Assembly: GCA_964557535.1 (NCBI GenBank)
Contig: CAZLAD010000004.1
Location: 19,039-83,038 of the forward strand
DNA: 64,000 bases
Direction: 5' to 3'
Source: an uncultured Candidatus Saccharibacteria bacterium
GTDB taxonomy: Bacteria > Patescibacteriota > Minisyncoccia > Phycocordibacterales > CSBR16-119
A model generated the notes under the pieces. The model saw nothing but the letters and a program-made list of their open reading frames with translations. It searched no databases and had not been told where the DNA came from. The translations under genes and the position numbers were made by a program. Within the stretch, counting starts at the first letter, position 1. Every line of letters begins with the position of its first letter. Of this stretch, positions 21,017-31,990 are shown one piece after another.

Positions 21017-22138
21017 CTATGCAATTTTCTGCACAGGGTAAGAAAGAACGAAGTACGTCTTTAGAGCACTACTGCGAATTTGCTCCATGTTTCCGTTCCA
21101 GTGTCGAAGATCGTTCGCAAGCTCGTACAGCTTTCTGGCTTCTTCCGGACCTGTTACTTCTTGAATCGCCTCACTGAAGAGCTCCACGAACTTATCATGT
21201 TCTTCACTACTCGCGAACGGAAACCAAATCCAGTGGCTTTTTGCCCGAGCATTTTGAACGGCATCTCGGATACTTCGACACAGCTTGCTGACCAGTTCAA
21301 TCTTCGAGAGCTTGGAAACTTGCACGATCTTGATGAAAAGCTTGCTGATCAGTTTCTGTTGATGGGAATCGGCCTTGCCCGACATCCGTTCAAGGAGGTT
21401 GAGCAAAACAAATCCATCATCAGTACAATCAATAAGCTTGGTCCAGAGACTTGTGTAGGCGAAGCTCCACTGCCCATCTGTGCTCGATCTCGTGAAGACA
21501 GCCCACAATGCACCCCAGCCTTCAGTCAGTAAAACGATCTTCTCAAATGCTTGGGTCTTGTTCGTAGAGCTCGCATCTTTCGAATCAATAACGCCCCACA
21601 AAACATCCACGCTCTTGGTCGGATTGATGACATCGTTTTCGTAACGAAGCTGAATGGCCCAGTTGAGACTACTTCTCAGATTTTCCGTACCTTGAGTTCT
21701 CCAGTCGGAGGGCAATTTAGACAAAAGCCACCTGAGTTTCTTCAGGCTCGCTCCTTGCATCTGTCGCCTGATGGTTCCATGAACCCAAGACTGTACCCGA
21801 TATTTCATGTCGCTTGATGCCCAATCCTCTATTTGGAGTTGAAAATCAACACTCCTTTCCGATCTCAGAAGCATCTTCTCAATGACTTCATTGATACGCT
21901 GATCCGTTCTCGAAGTCATTTGCCAGATATCGTCCCTGTATCCTTCGGACTTCCTGACCGCAGCAAGACCATTTCGAATACTCCATAGACGAGGAACATT
22001 CTCTGTCTGCAGGAGTTGATCAAGCTCTTCAGAAGTCGGCAATCCAATTCCGCAAGATTCGACAATGTGACCCATCGGCAGCTTCCGCTCTTTGGCGGCC
22101 GCAAGTGCCTTCACAAACGTATTTACGCTCGTTTTCAT
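21017..22138 (-). CDS. Hypothetical helical protein (stand-alone module)
   Basis: 373-aa ORF; TTGACA-17-TAAAGT (22215-22187); hairpin at 20984-21009. Confidence 0.7.
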   Translation of the reverse strand: MKTSVNTFVKALAAAKERKLPMGHIVESCGIGLPTSEELDQLLQTENVPRLWSIRNGLAAVRKSEGYRDDIWQMTSRTDQRINEVIEKMLLRSERSVDFQLQIEDWASSDMKYRVQSWVHGTIRRQMQGASLKKLRWLLSKLPSDWRTQGTENLRSSLNWAIQLRYENDVINPTKSVDVLWGVIDSKDASSTNKTQAFEKIVLLTEGWGALWAVFTRSSTDGQWSFAYTSLWTKLIDCTDDGFVLLNLLERMSGKADSHQQKLISKLFIKIVQVSKLSKIELVSKLCRSIRDAVQNARAKSHWIWFPFASSEEHDKFVELFSEAIQEVTGPEEARKLYELANDLRHWNGNMEQIRSSALKTYFVLSYPVQKIA

Positions 22139-22344
22139 GGAACTTTGTTTTTCTTAGCCCACCGAAATGGAGAGCTTTCTGAACGAACTTTACTCCCCCA
22201 AAACCCCCTTGTCAAACCGCCTTTTTCATGTAATATGTGTGGGTCTGTAACTAACCACGTCAGACGTGGTGTCCAGCGGCAAGTCACCCTGGATCAAACG
22301 AGAATCAATTAAAATAACTTAGATTCTTGTGCAGATTTATAAAA

Positions 22345-23016
22345 ATGGAAAGTAAATTAATTAACGATATTTTAGCTGCTGGAGGACATTTTGGATATTC
22401 CAAAACAAGACGTCACCCTTCAACAAAAAGCTACGTTTTCGGCACAAAGAACAACGCCGACATAATCGATGTCACACAAACAGCAGAAATGCTTGAAACG
22501 GCGATGAAATTCGTCAAAGGTTTGGGCGAGGAGAAAAAAACAATTCTTTTCCTCAGTTCAAAACCTGAAGCCAAAAAAATAATGGAAGCGGCCGCGAAAT
22601 CACTCGGGATGCCATATGTCGAAAATCGCTGGATCGGCGGAACGCTTACCAACTTCACTCAAATAATCAAAAGAATCAATGTCCTCATTGATCTAAAAAA
22701 CAAACAAGCAAAAGGAGACCTCGCCAAATACACAAAGAAAGAGCAATCAGATTTCGCTCGACAAATTGAGAAAATGGAAAAAAACTTTGGCGGACTTGTC
22801 GGTATGACCAAGCGTCCCGACGCCGTATTCATCGTTGACACAAAGAAAGAGCGCATTGCCCTAACCGAAGCCAACATGATGAAAATCCCAGTTATCGCAA
22901 TTGCAAATACCGACAACGACCTACGCGGAATCGACTTTCCAATAGTTGCAAATGACGCTTCTAGAACAAGTGTACAATTTTTCGTAGACAAAATCGTCGA
23001 AGCCTATAAAGCCTAA
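22345..23016 (+). CDS. rpsB: 30S ribosomal protein S2
   Basis: AGGHFG, RWIGGTLTNF, NTDND, ANDAS. Confidence 0.97.
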   Translation: MESKLINDILAAGGHFGYSKTRRHPSTKSYVFGTKNNADIIDVTQTAEMLETAMKFVKGLGEEKKTILFLSSKPEAKKIMEAAAKSLGMPYVENRWIGGTLTNFTQIIKRINVLIDLKNKQAKGDLAKYTKKEQSDFARQIEKMEKNFGGLVGMTKRPDAVFIVDTKKERIALTEANMMKIPVIAIANTDNDLRGIDFPIVANDASRTSVQFFVDKIVEAYKA

Positions 23017-23078
23017 ATAAAAGTTTGGTATAATAGCCAAATCCGTATTAGCCGTTCTTTATCTTTAATCTAAAAAAT

Positions 23079-23846
23079 ATGATTACAACCGAACAATTGA
23101 AAACTTTACGAGACGAAACCGGCATCTCTGTGATGCAATGTAAAAAAGCCCTCGAAGAAGCCGGTGGTGATATTGAGAAAGCTCGCGTTATCTTGAAGAA
23201 GAAATCAGGCGACGTCGCGGCCAAGAAAGCTGACCGAGAACTAGGGAGCGGACTTATCGTTACAACCCAAAACGCAGATAAGGTAGTCATGCTTACCCTA
23301 CTTTGCGAAACTGACTTCGTGGCGAAAAATGACGACTTTGTGAACATGGCCAAATCTATGGCTGACAAAGTCCTAATGAGTGGAAAAGACTCCGTCGAAA
23401 CTGACGGACTAAACGAGCTCATGCAAAAAGTCGGCGAAAATATCAAACTTGGCGAAATAATCGAAATAGAATCTGCCAACGCTGGAATTTATAATCACAA
23501 CGGACATTTCGCTGCGGTTGTTGTTTTGAAAGATGCCAATGCTGAACTAGCAAAAGACATTGCTATGCACACCACAGCCATGCGCCCAACATACCTCGCC
23601 GAAACCGATATCCCAGACACTGACAAAGAAAACGCCAAAGCAGTTCTCGCCAAAGAAGTCGAAGAACAATCAGTTGGAAAACCCGAAGAAATGAAAGCGA
23701 AAATACTGGAAGGAAAAATGAATGCTTATTTCAAAGAACAAATACTTCTAAACCAGGCATTTATCAAAGATCCAAGCAAAACAATTGCTCAGCTTCTAAA
23801 AGAATCTGGTAATGAAATTGAAAGTTTCAAAATACAACAAATTTAA
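23079..23846 (+). CDS. tsf: Elongation factor Ts
   Basis: LRDETGISVMQCKKAL, CETDFVA. Confidence 0.97.
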   Translation: MITTEQLKTLRDETGISVMQCKKALEEAGGDIEKARVILKKKSGDVAAKKADRELGSGLIVTTQNADKVVMLTLLCETDFVAKNDDFVNMAKSMADKVLMSGKDSVETDGLNELMQKVGENIKLGEIIEIESANAGIYNHNGHFAAVVVLKDANAELAKDIAMHTTAMRPTYLAETDIPDTDKENAKAVLAKEVEEQSVGKPEEMKAKILEGKMNAYFKEQILLNQAFIKDPSKTIAQLLKESGNEIESFKIQQI

Positions 23847-23849
23847 CCA

Positions 23850-24344
23850 ATGATAGACGTATCTGTAATCATATTTATTTTATCTCTGCTCGGCATCACG
23901 TGGATGTTTGTTTCTCAGGCCAAAAAACTAAAACGTGGTGTTGTATCTGAGGATGCTTTTTCGTCAAAAGACTTGTCTTATGAAAACCTCAAAATAATAA
24001 ACGATAAAATAAAAATGATGTGGCTACGATTTATCCATGTGGTCGCCATCGTCATATCTAAATCGTGGGCTAGACTTACGCATCACACCGTCTCTTGGTT
24101 CCACAAAGGGATTCGTCGTGTCGAGAATCAACTTATAAAGCATGAAAAGAAAAATGGAGGTGACGGCATTGGCCAAAAATCAGTATTTCTAACCACAATC
24201 AAGGCCTATAAAAGTGAAATCAAAAAACTAAAAGGAAAAGTCGAAGAAGAATTGCCACGCCCACGCGTCGCTGAAGAATCGACTCCTTCGGTTGACAATA
24301 TGACGGATATGAATACAATTGATGAGTCGAAATTGCCGGAATAG
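23850..24344 (+). CDS. Hypothetical membrane-anchored protein
   Basis: N-terminal TM helix; directly follows tsf; stop codon lies inside tRNA-Thr. Confidence 0.65.
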   Translation: MIDVSVIIFILSLLGITWMFVSQAKKLKRGVVSEDAFSSKDLSYENLKIINDKIKMMWLRFIHVVAIVISKSWARLTHHTVSWFHKGIRRVENQLIKHEKKNGGDGIGQKSVFLTTIKAYKSEIKKLKGKVEEELPRPRVAEESTPSVDNMTDMNTIDESKLPE

Positions 24345-24406
24345 CTCAACGGTAGAGCAACTGTTTTGTAAACAGTAGGTTGTGGGTTCAAGTCCCTCTT
24401 CCGGCT
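24335..24406 (+). tRNA. tRNA-Thr(TGT)
   Basis: GCCGGAATAGCTCAACGGTAGAGCAACTGTTTTGTAAACAGTAGGTTGTGGGTTCAAGTCCCTCTTCCGGCT; promoter TTGACA (24292) / TACAAT (24314). Confidence 0.96.
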
Positions 24407-24413
24407 CCGTAAA

Positions 24414-24441
24414 TCAAAAGCCCCGTGAGGGGGCTTTTGAT
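24414..24441. terminator. Bidirectional intrinsic terminator
   Basis: TCAAAAGCCCC-GTGA-GGGGCTTTTGA between convergent genes. Confidence 0.75.
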
Positions 24442-24798
24442 TTATTTAATCCCCTTCCAGCTTTTCTTGAAAAGCGTTGTTTTGATTGGATGGTTATCGA
24501 TCCAATGATAATTCCCCCCGCGAGGCTTATCCATCAGAAGCGCGTGATATTTGAAACCGTGTTTCCGAAGCCATGTTTCGGTGATCTTCTTGTGCTCCCT
24601 GGTCGTGCGCGAGGTAAAAAACGTAATTATATTACCATCGTCGTACAGCTTATCTATCGCCTCTTTGGCACCATCATAAGGTTTGCACGTCACCATCCTT
24701 TTTGGTTCTTCGTTTGGCACGTCATCAGTAATCGTGCCGTCGATGTCGATGAGATAATTTTTTACACCCGATTTTAAAATGGGACTCTTTTTCTTCAT
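24442..24798 (-). CDS. Small HAD-superfamily phosphatase-like protein
   Basis: IDIDGT, FFTSR, WLRKHGFKYHALLMDKP. Confidence 0.8.
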   Translation of the reverse strand: MKKKSPILKSGVKNYLIDIDGTITDDVPNEEPKRMVTCKPYDGAKEAIDKLYDDGNIITFFTSRTTREHKKITETWLRKHGFKYHALLMDKPRGGNYHWIDNHPIKTTLFKKSWKGIK

Positions 24799-24801
24799 AA
24801 A

Positions 24802-25524
24802 TTACTGAGTTGTTGTGGTAGATGACGAATCTTTCATGTTTGTCGTGTCTTCTTCGTCTACTGTTTCAGATACAACGAACACTTTTGGAGCAATATTTTG
24901 AATGTCTTCAAATTCCTGAAGACCATAATAAACTTTACCATTTACGATAAGTGCTGGTAATCGCTCTGGTTCTTTGACTCTGTAGATAGTTTTTAGCGCC
25001 GACAAGGCGGAAAGATCGAGGTTATAGTCAAACGCATACACTCTGACATTTGGATAATTCTGGCGAATATCGGTGAGAATATAGCCCTGCTTTTCACAAT
25101 CAGAACAATCTACTTTGTTCGAATAAAAATAAATAATGTTTGTTATTCTCAGACCACATTTCTCTTCGGTCTTCTTCATCAACAGATAATCCTTGATTTG
25201 AAGGATTGAATAATATTTTCGCAGAGACAAAAGTTCTTCTTTGGAACCGATATTGTTCTGTTCACCGTATTCAATTTTTGACGCGAGTTCATTCAATTCT
25301 TTTGATAGAAGTGAGTCATCGATGTTACTACAAGAAAGCTCAGACAACAGATTGTATTGGGTTTCTGAGGATAGAATGTCTAGAGAGATTGAGTCTTGAA
25401 TTGATCTAATGGCTTCGATTTTTTTGTTATTGAAAAAGTTTGACAGCACAAAAGCCATCCCAAACAAAAAAGCAGTGATCAAAAACGCTACAAAATATCT
25501 CTTCCAATCAGTATTTGATTTCAT
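24802..25524 (-). CDS. Membrane-anchored thioredoxin-fold protein
   Basis: N-terminal TM helix; IYFYS...CSDC; LPALIVNG. Confidence 0.65.
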   Translation of the reverse strand: MKSNTDWKRYFVAFLITAFLFGMAFVLSNFFNNKKIEAIRSIQDSISLDILSSETQYNLLSELSCSNIDDSLLSKELNELASKIEYGEQNNIGSKEELLSLRKYYSILQIKDYLLMKKTEEKCGLRITNIIYFYSNKVDCSDCEKQGYILTDIRQNYPNVRVYAFDYNLDLSALSALKTIYRVKEPERLPALIVNGKVYYGLQEFEDIQNIAPKVFVVSETVDEEDTTNMKDSSSTTTTQ

Positions 25525-25529
25525 GTTAC

Positions 25530-26771
25530 TTATCTCCAGGCTACACCCTTGCGGACAAAGACTGAATTATATATGGCTTTTAATATCCAGAAAGGTGCAA
25601 CTATGCTGAAAATGATCATAAACGGAATCGTATAATAGTCAATCCCGTGACGACCATAGACCATTTTGCGACCGATTGATATAGAAATGAACAAAAATAA
25701 ATACAAAATCACTATTATAAATGTTTGACCACTAGATGATAGGAAAAACGGATCAAAACTACCAACATTGAAATGAAATCCGGTAACTCCTATCTGCTCA
25801 AAATTTTTCTGAGCAGCCACAGCCGTGTTCACAAGGAAAAGCGACAGTATGTACGGCACAGCGATGATGGAAATCACACCAGCTGGCACAGAAAACATAG
25901 AGAAGGCGCCGAACTTTGGACGCAAAATTATTTTTCTGTAATCCCAAGCATTCATTATAAATCCGTAAATCCAGCGTAGTCGTTGCTTGTACAGTTTCTT
26001 CACTGTGTTTGGCACTTTGGTATAAACAAACGCGTCCTCGCATTGTTCGATCTTGAAATAATTTTGTTGCATACGAAAAGCGATTTCCATGTCTTCGGTA
26101 TTGTGGGCCTTGCGAAAATATCCGAGGCGTTCGAAAACTTCTTTCTTAAAAATCGAAAAAGGTCCAGGTGTCACGTAGTTTGCCCCGAGCATCCCCAGAA
26201 TCTTTTTACGAAACACGGCCCAATCGTATTCGACTCGTTGAACGATCTGGATCAAGCCTTTTGGTTTGTGGACGATAATCGATGGACAGACGGCCATGGT
26301 CTTGGCATCATTCTCAAAAAAAGTCATGATGCGTTTCAAAGCCTGACTATCGACAAATGAATCAGAATCAAGGCAACCAACAAATGGTGTGTTGGCGAGC
26401 TTGAGTCCCATGTTTACCGCGGTGTGCTTGCCACCATTTTCCTTGCGCAATATTTCTATTTGCGGATGTCCAGCAAAAAATTGCATGATACTCCAAGTAT
26501 TGTCCGTCGACCCATCATCAACGAGAAAAAACTTTAATTTTTCTTTTGGATAGTCGAGAGCGAGAAGTGACTCCACCGTACCCTCGATGGTTGTCTCCTC
26601 ATTCCAACACGGCACGACAATAGTTACTCCGGGATACGATTTGAGATCAATTTCGCCTGACCGGCGCTTAATTTCTTGACGTTTTTCCAAGAAAGTTATG
26701 AGAAATACCACCTGGATAAAAACAGACATAAATGACAAGATATATAGGATTATGGCCGAAACTTCAGGCAT
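25530..26771 (-). CDS. GT2 processive glycosyltransferase (PgaC/IcaA-like)
   Basis: VPCWNEE, DDGSTD, DSD, TED, QRLRW, flanking TM helices. Confidence 0.9.
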   Translation of the reverse strand: MPEVSAIILYILSFMSVFIQVVFLITFLEKRQEIKRRSGEIDLKSYPGVTIVVPCWNEETTIEGTVESLLALDYPKEKLKFFLVDDGSTDNTWSIMQFFAGHPQIEILRKENGGKHTAVNMGLKLANTPFVGCLDSDSFVDSQALKRIMTFFENDAKTMAVCPSIIVHKPKGLIQIVQRVEYDWAVFRKKILGMLGANYVTPGPFSIFKKEVFERLGYFRKAHNTEDMEIAFRMQQNYFKIEQCEDAFVYTKVPNTVKKLYKQRLRWIYGFIMNAWDYRKIILRPKFGAFSMFSVPAGVISIIAVPYILSLFLVNTAVAAQKNFEQIGVTGFHFNVGSFDPFFLSSSGQTFIIVILYLFLFISISIGRKMVYGRHGIDYYTIPFMIIFSIVAPFWILKAIYNSVFVRKGVAWR

Positions 26772-26894
26772 TTATAGCTAAAACAATAGCATTTTATGGC
26801 CCTTTTAGCAATCCATCTTCGCTTCTGGCTGGCTAGGAGACGTGGAAAAGCCCCCCGACGTAGTCGGGGGGCTTTTCCCAATAGATTTCCCGTA

Positions 26895-27122
26895 TTACAT
26901 AGATTTAGCTCCAGAGTCACAAGCCTTGCATCCACACTTACCCATAGCCACCATCACAGCAGATACTCCGACAAGGAGGTAAACGAGAGCTTCGATCATC
27001 ATCCACTGTCCAAGGATCAGATGGACGATATTCCAATCTTTGCCACCCAAGATCCAGCCGAGACCGACAAGACCCCAGTTTAGGGCTCCGATAATAACTA
27101 ACCACCAAGCAATTTTCTTCAT
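26895..27122 (-). CDS. DUF378 family membrane protein
   Basis: LVIIGALNWGLVG...VYLLVGVSA; terminator at 26844-26878. Confidence 0.85.
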   Translation of the reverse strand: MKKIAWWLVIIGALNWGLVGLGWILGGKDWNIVHLILGQWMMIEALVYLLVGVSAVMVAMGKCGCKACDSGAKSM

Positions 27123-27301
27123 AATATTACGAAATAAATTATTACTAATAATTACGAGACCTTTAATCCTATTATACCACTATCAATTTTTGAGCAAGGA
27201 GTTAGTAACAGGGGTTATTAATCAAAATAAAAGCCTTGTTTCACAATTTTATATTTCGACGTCGCTCACATCTTGTACGAGCAAACTTGCACAGATGCTC
27301 G

Positions 27302-28594
27302 CTAGTCGAAATGATTCCTGAGTCTTATGATCTTCTCGTTCGAACGGAGTTTTTCGTGGACTTTGGCTTCGATTTGGCGAATACGTTCACGGGTGACGCC
27401 GAATTCGTGCCCGACTTCTTCGAGCGTATGCTGGATGCCATCTTCTAGTCCGTAGCGCATCTCGAGAATTTTCTTTTCTTTTGGAGAAAGTTCGTTCAAA
27501 ACCTCTTTGATTTGATCAGAGAGGATTCGTTGCGCAGATTCTTGATCTGGTCGCATGATTTTGTCATCGGCAATAAATTCACCGAGCGTTGATTTGTCTT
27601 CGTCGTCGCCAATCGGTTTTTCGAGAGACGCTGTTGTCTGACTGATTTTTTCAATTACGTGAATTTTCTCTACCTCGACACCCATTTCGGTTGCAATTTC
27701 TTCGGCGAGTGGTTCTCTACCCAAATCCTGGAAAAGTCGGCGATAGACTTGTTTGTACTTCGAAATTGTTTCCACCATGTGAACGGGGATGCGGATAGTT
27801 CGAGATTGATCGGCAAGTGCACGCGTGATTGATTGGCGAATCCACCACGTTGCATATGTCGAGAATTTGTAACCCTTTTTCCAGTCGAATTTCTCGACGG
27901 CTTTGAAAAGTCCCAAGTTTCCTTCCTGGATGAGATCGAGAAGTGTGAGATCAGACGAGCGTCCGGCGTATTTCTTGGCAATCGACACGACAAGACGCAG
28001 GTTGGCGCGAGCAAGCAAATTTTTCGCTTCCAAATCTCCAAGCTCAATACGCTTCGCCAAATCTTTTTCTTGCTGAGCTTTGATGAGTGGATATTGGCCG
28101 ATTTCTTTCAGATACATCTGAATCGAGTCGCGAGATTTTTTGTCTTTGGTGTATTTGTCGATTGTCTTCTTGTCGATGACGTCCATGTCGAGCAAATTAC
28201 CACCCTCGATCACGTCAATCGAGGCTTCCATGAACTGAGAATACAAATCATCGAGCATGATAACGTCTGTTTCGATGTTTGGGAAAGTTTTTAGAATTTC
28301 GTCGTAGGTGATAAATCCACGCTTTTTGCCTTTGGTCACCAAATCATCAATTTTGGCTTTTATGGCGATGACTTTCGGATTCTTGGACTCGACTTTGGCT
28401 TTCGGTTGTGGCGCGGGTTTTGCTCCGCCCTTTTTCAAAGTTCGAGCAGGCTTTTTAACCGACTTTTTGACGGCCTTTTTCAACGTTTTTTTGACTTTCT
28501 TGACCTTTTTGACAACTTTCTTCGGCTTTTTGGCCTTCCCGCCTGCGCGGACAGATTTGATCGGCTTCTTGGAGTTCTTTTTTTTCATTTGCAT
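27302..28594 (-). CDS. rpoD: RNA polymerase primary sigma factor
   Basis: [43 protein letters not shown]; K-rich N-terminal extension. Confidence 0.96.
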   Translation of the reverse strand: MQMKKKNSKKPIKSVRAGGKAKKPKKVVKKVKKVKKTLKKAVKKSVKKPARTLKKGGAKPAPQPKAKVESKNPKVIAIKAKIDDLVTKGKKRGFITYDEILKTFPNIETDVIMLDDLYSQFMEASIDVIEGGNLLDMDVIDKKTIDKYTKDKKSRDSIQMYLKEIGQYPLIKAQQEKDLAKRIELGDLEAKNLLARANLRLVVSIAKKYAGRSSDLTLLDLIQEGNLGLFKAVEKFDWKKGYKFSTYATWWIRQSITRALADQSRTIRIPVHMVETISKYKQVYRRLFQDLGREPLAEEIATEMGVEVEKIHVIEKISQTTASLEKPIGDDEDKSTLGEFIADDKIMRPDQESAQRILSDQIKEVLNELSPKEKKILEMRYGLEDGIQHTLEEVGHEFGVTRERIRQIEAKVHEKLRSNEKIIRLRNHFD

Positions 28595-28608
28595 AGTATA
28601 CGTTATTT

Positions 28609-30318
28609 TTAAAATTTGTGAAGATGCCGACTATTTTTAATCTCGGAGAGTCTTTTGACTAGATTTTGATACTCGGCTGACAATTTCTCGGCTTCGGCGT
28701 CGTCACTTTGCCCTTCGGCGTTTTTGAGTCGCATCTTCAATTCATCGATCTTTCTCGACAGATAATCTTCTTCGAGATTTTTTAACATTTCCGCAAATGT
28801 AATTTCTCCCGATTCGTCCGTCGCCATTTCTCTTTCAAAAATAAGTTCTTGTTTAATGGATTCATATTTGGCAATCAGGTTTTTTAGTTTGTCTTCGCCC
28901 ATGATTTTCCCAAGTTCCGTTTCAATATTTTTGTCTTCGCTTTTCCCGAAATAAATTCCCATAATTTTGCGTTCGATTGTTTCAGTTCGACCAATCTCTT
29001 GTTTTGATTTTTCTGGAGCGACAACTTCACCCTGCGGTGGAACATTTATTTTTTCCAAGTCTTGCCAAATGGCCGTTTCTGAAAGTCCGGTCATGCTGGA
29101 AACTTTTTTGACGAAATATGATTTTTCTATCTGGCTTCGAAGTGTGGCTATTTCGGGCAAAACTTCGGCACGAATTTTGTTACCCAGATCTCGTTCGTCT
29201 TTGGACGTTTCCTTGATTTTGTCAGTTTCAAATTCGATGATATGTTTGGCTTCACGCAAGAGCGCGCTCCAAGCATCTTTGCCTTGGTCTTTTATAAATT
29301 CAGCTGGATCTTTGGCGCCAGGGATTGCCACGACTTTCACATCCATTCCAAGCGTAAGAGCGATATGCGCCGAACGTTTGGCGGCTTTTACCCCAGCCGT
29401 ATCAGCATCGAATGCGAGAATCAGATTATTTGAAAGCCTTTTAACTAAACCTAAATTATTGACGCCGTTGGTGCCGGCCAAACTATCAGAAAGTGCCGTA
29501 CCAGAAACACCAACCGTATTTCGAAATCCGGCTTGATGCATCATAACAACGTCAAACTGTCCCTCAACGAGCGTGGTGAAATTATATTTCCGGATGAAAT
29601 TTTTGGCCTTGTCGAGCCCGAATAGAACGTCGGATTTGTTGAATAGCGGTGTATCGGGAGAGTTCACGTATTTGGCTGACTTTTCGTCCGGATGAAGAAT
29701 GCGTCCAGAAAAAGCAATTGGTCGCCCAGCCGAGTCGGTGATAGGAAACATGATTCGATCACGGAAAGTGTCGTAGATCCCCTTTTCACTTTTCTTGCCA
29801 AGTCCACCCGCAACAATATCCGCGTCCGAGAAATCTTTTTTCAGTTCATCATACAAATGTCGCCACGTTCCCGGCGCATAACCAATCCGAAAATCGCGAA
29901 TGACGTGATCTTCGACTCCCCTGTCGCGCAAATATTTTTTGGCTTCTTCGTTTTCGGTCAGAGCTTTTTCGAAAATCTGAGTAGCCTTTTCGGTCATATC
30001 ATAAAGCCTGTCGCGAAGTTCGCTCGCTTTGACATCAACTGGACCAAGTTTCACTCCCGCGCGCTCGGCCAAGACTTTGAGTGCGCCACGAAAATCAAGC
30101 CCCTCCATCTCTTGGACAAAAGTAAAAATGTCTCCGCCCTTGCCCGTCGAAAAGCAATGATAAAGTCCCTTGTCCGGCGCGACGAAAAACGACGGTGTGC
30201 GTTCGTTCGTAAACGGCGATTTACCCTTCATGTTTTTCCCCGCAGGTGAAAGGGTTACATACATCGATACAACGTCGACAATATTGAGCCTGTCTTTAAT
30301 TTGTTCGACGGGAGTCAT
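28609..30318 (-). CDS. dnaG: DNA primase
   Basis: [37 protein letters not shown]; start moved to MTPVEQIK. Confidence 0.96.
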   Translation of the reverse strand: MTPVEQIKDRLNIVDVVSMYVTLSPAGKNMKGKSPFTNERTPSFFVAPDKGLYHCFSTGKGGDIFTFVQEMEGLDFRGALKVLAERAGVKLGPVDVKASELRDRLYDMTEKATQIFEKALTENEEAKKYLRDRGVEDHVIRDFRIGYAPGTWRHLYDELKKDFSDADIVAGGLGKKSEKGIYDTFRDRIMFPITDSAGRPIAFSGRILHPDEKSAKYVNSPDTPLFNKSDVLFGLDKAKNFIRKYNFTTLVEGQFDVVMMHQAGFRNTVGVSGTALSDSLAGTNGVNNLGLVKRLSNNLILAFDADTAGVKAAKRSAHIALTLGMDVKVVAIPGAKDPAEFIKDQGKDAWSALLREAKHIIEFETDKIKETSKDERDLGNKIRAEVLPEIATLRSQIEKSYFVKKVSSMTGLSETAIWQDLEKINVPPQGEVVAPEKSKQEIGRTETIERKIMGIYFGKSEDKNIETELGKIMGEDKLKNLIAKYESIKQELIFEREMATDESGEITFAEMLKNLEEDYLSRKIDELKMRLKNAEGQSDDAEAEKLSAEYQNLVKRLSEIKNSRHLHKF

Positions 30319-30378
30319 GCCACCCATTCTATGTGATTTTAAGCGAAACGAAAAGGGTCCCAAAATGGGACCCTTCGT

Positions 30379-30834
30379 TCAAGCGGTCTGCAAGGCATTC
30401 GCCTCTTCGAAAGCGACAGAGTACGAACCTCGGCTGGCAAAGATCAGGACGACCTTATCACGCCTCGAGTTCTTGATCGTGGAAACTGCCGGCTCGATGA
30501 CATGTTCCTTAACGTCATGAAGTCGTCTTCCTACATAAGCCTCGGGAAAATGCTTCGGCATCAGAATCGTGATGGAGGCAGCTTCCTTACGTCCCGCGAA
30601 TGCCAAGATGTTCCTGATAATCTCGTCGATCGGGAATTTCGGATGCCAAGGCACGTAGACGTGATCGCGATGTCCGGGCATGACCCTTGTCGCCTCAAGA
30701 GAAATTCCCGACATCGGAACCCCTGTCCAGACCGTGGGTTCCCGCTGCTCTTCAATGTAGCAGAGCATGTCTGTCCGTTCGATACGAGGTTTCGGCTTGT
30801 TTGTCTCAAAATACACGATCTCAAGTTGCGCCAT
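30379..30834 (-). CDS. Hypothetical protein (stand-alone module)
   Basis: TTTACT-17-TAATTT promoter, leader AAAACTCAAAACTGAACAAAC-ATG, hairpin at 30348-30378. Confidence 0.65.
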   Translation of the reverse strand: MAQLEIVYFETNKPKPRIERTDMLCYIEEQREPTVWTGVPMSGISLEATRVMPGHRDHVYVPWHPKFPIDEIIRNILAFAGRKEAASITILMPKHFPEAYVGRRLHDVKEHVIEPAVSTIKNSRRDKVVLIFASRGSYSVAFEEANALQTA

Positions 30835-30943
30835 GTTTGTTCAGTTTTGAGTTTTCTCGAAATTACCACGCAATACATAAAAAGTAAAGTAACAGCAAAG
30901 CCCCGGCGCGCCGGGGCTTTGTGATTCCAGAATTTGGCAAGGT

Positions 30944-31483
30944 TCATTCGACAGATGGAACGACTTTTTCGGCCAGCTCCAACCTTCGCTTGATCTCACG
31001 GAGAACTCCCCGCCAAGTGGTAACGCCCTTGGGTCTTTCTGGGAGAAGAAACGCCCACCAATACCCACTCCGAAGATCACCTTCATGGTCACTCCGAAAA
31101 TAGAAGTCGAGACCGAGAGCAAAATTGTAATAACAGAAGACGAAGGTATCTTCTGGCTTCGGCTTGCCGTCAGCTAGTGGCGACATATCGATACCGATAG
31201 CGAAAGCAATATTCTCAGGTTCCGGCCAGTCTCGGACTTCCGCCAGATGCCTTTTCTCTACACCGATGCCACCTCGTTGGTGTAATTCCCAGAACCATGC
31301 TTTCAACTTCTCTTCGAATTCTGTTTTCGTGCCGATAATTCGTTCAACTCTGATCCGAGGAGACATTTCCCGGATATAAGTAATCCATTCCTCGACCCTG
31401 TTTGCATTCTTCAATTCGATCACTATCTGATTCTTCGGAACACGTGGAACCGAAAGAGTTTTTGTGCGGTCTTGCGTTGCCAT
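30944..31483 (-). CDS. Hypothetical protein (stand-alone module)
   Basis: TTTACA-17-TACTAT (31541-31513), leader AAACAACGAAAATCACCCAACAC-ATG, hairpin at 30896-30921. Confidence 0.7.
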   Translation of the reverse strand: MATQDRTKTLSVPRVPKNQIVIELKNANRVEEWITYIREMSPRIRVERIIGTKTEFEEKLKAWFWELHQRGGIGVEKRHLAEVRDWPEPENIAFAIGIDMSPLADGKPKPEDTFVFCYYNFALGLDFYFRSDHEGDLRSGYWWAFLLPERPKGVTTWRGVLREIKRRLELAEKVVPSVE

Positions 31484-31590
31484 GTGTTGGGTGATTTTCG
31501 TTGTTTAGACGGATAGTACTCCAAAATAATCTGAGTGTAAAGCAGCTTTGACAAGGGAGATTTTGAGAGTAATATAAACAAAAAAACACC

Positions 31591-31932
31591 GTGGAAAAGC
31601 GCTACTTCATCACACACATCAGTACTGGAGATTTAGGCGTCCCCAAGACGGGTAAGAAGAAACTTTACTTCTACACCAGAATAGAGGGCGTTCCCGGGGA
31701 GTGGTACTTTGGGACAGACAACAATTCATTCTCGAAGGATCAAATGGATACCCGGTGCAAAAACGGGACGGTGATTGCTCTCCCCGAAGAGGTTGAACTC
31801 AAACCCCAAAAGGGTCTCTGGTTCAACAACAAAGGAGAGGTATTCTACGGAAGCCTGATGCCCTGGAAAGAACCAGGTCATAAATGGCAACTTCTCTTTA
31901 AAAGCGAAAAGCTTCTTGATCTCATGAGATGA
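31591..31932 (+). CDS. Hypothetical protein (stand-alone module)
   Basis: TTGACA (31548) / TAATAT (31570), leader AAACAAAAAAACACC-GTG, hairpin at 31949-31970. Confidence 0.65.
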   Translation: MEKRYFITHISTGDLGVPKTGKKKLYFYTRIEGVPGEWYFGTDNNSFSKDQMDTRCKNGTVIALPEEVELKPQKGLWFNNKGEVFYGSLMPWKEPGHKWQLLFKSEKLLDLMR

Positions 31933-31990
31933 AGATGCGTCGAACAGCAAAGCCCCGCATGCGGGGCTTTCTGCTATTAACAGTAATTTT

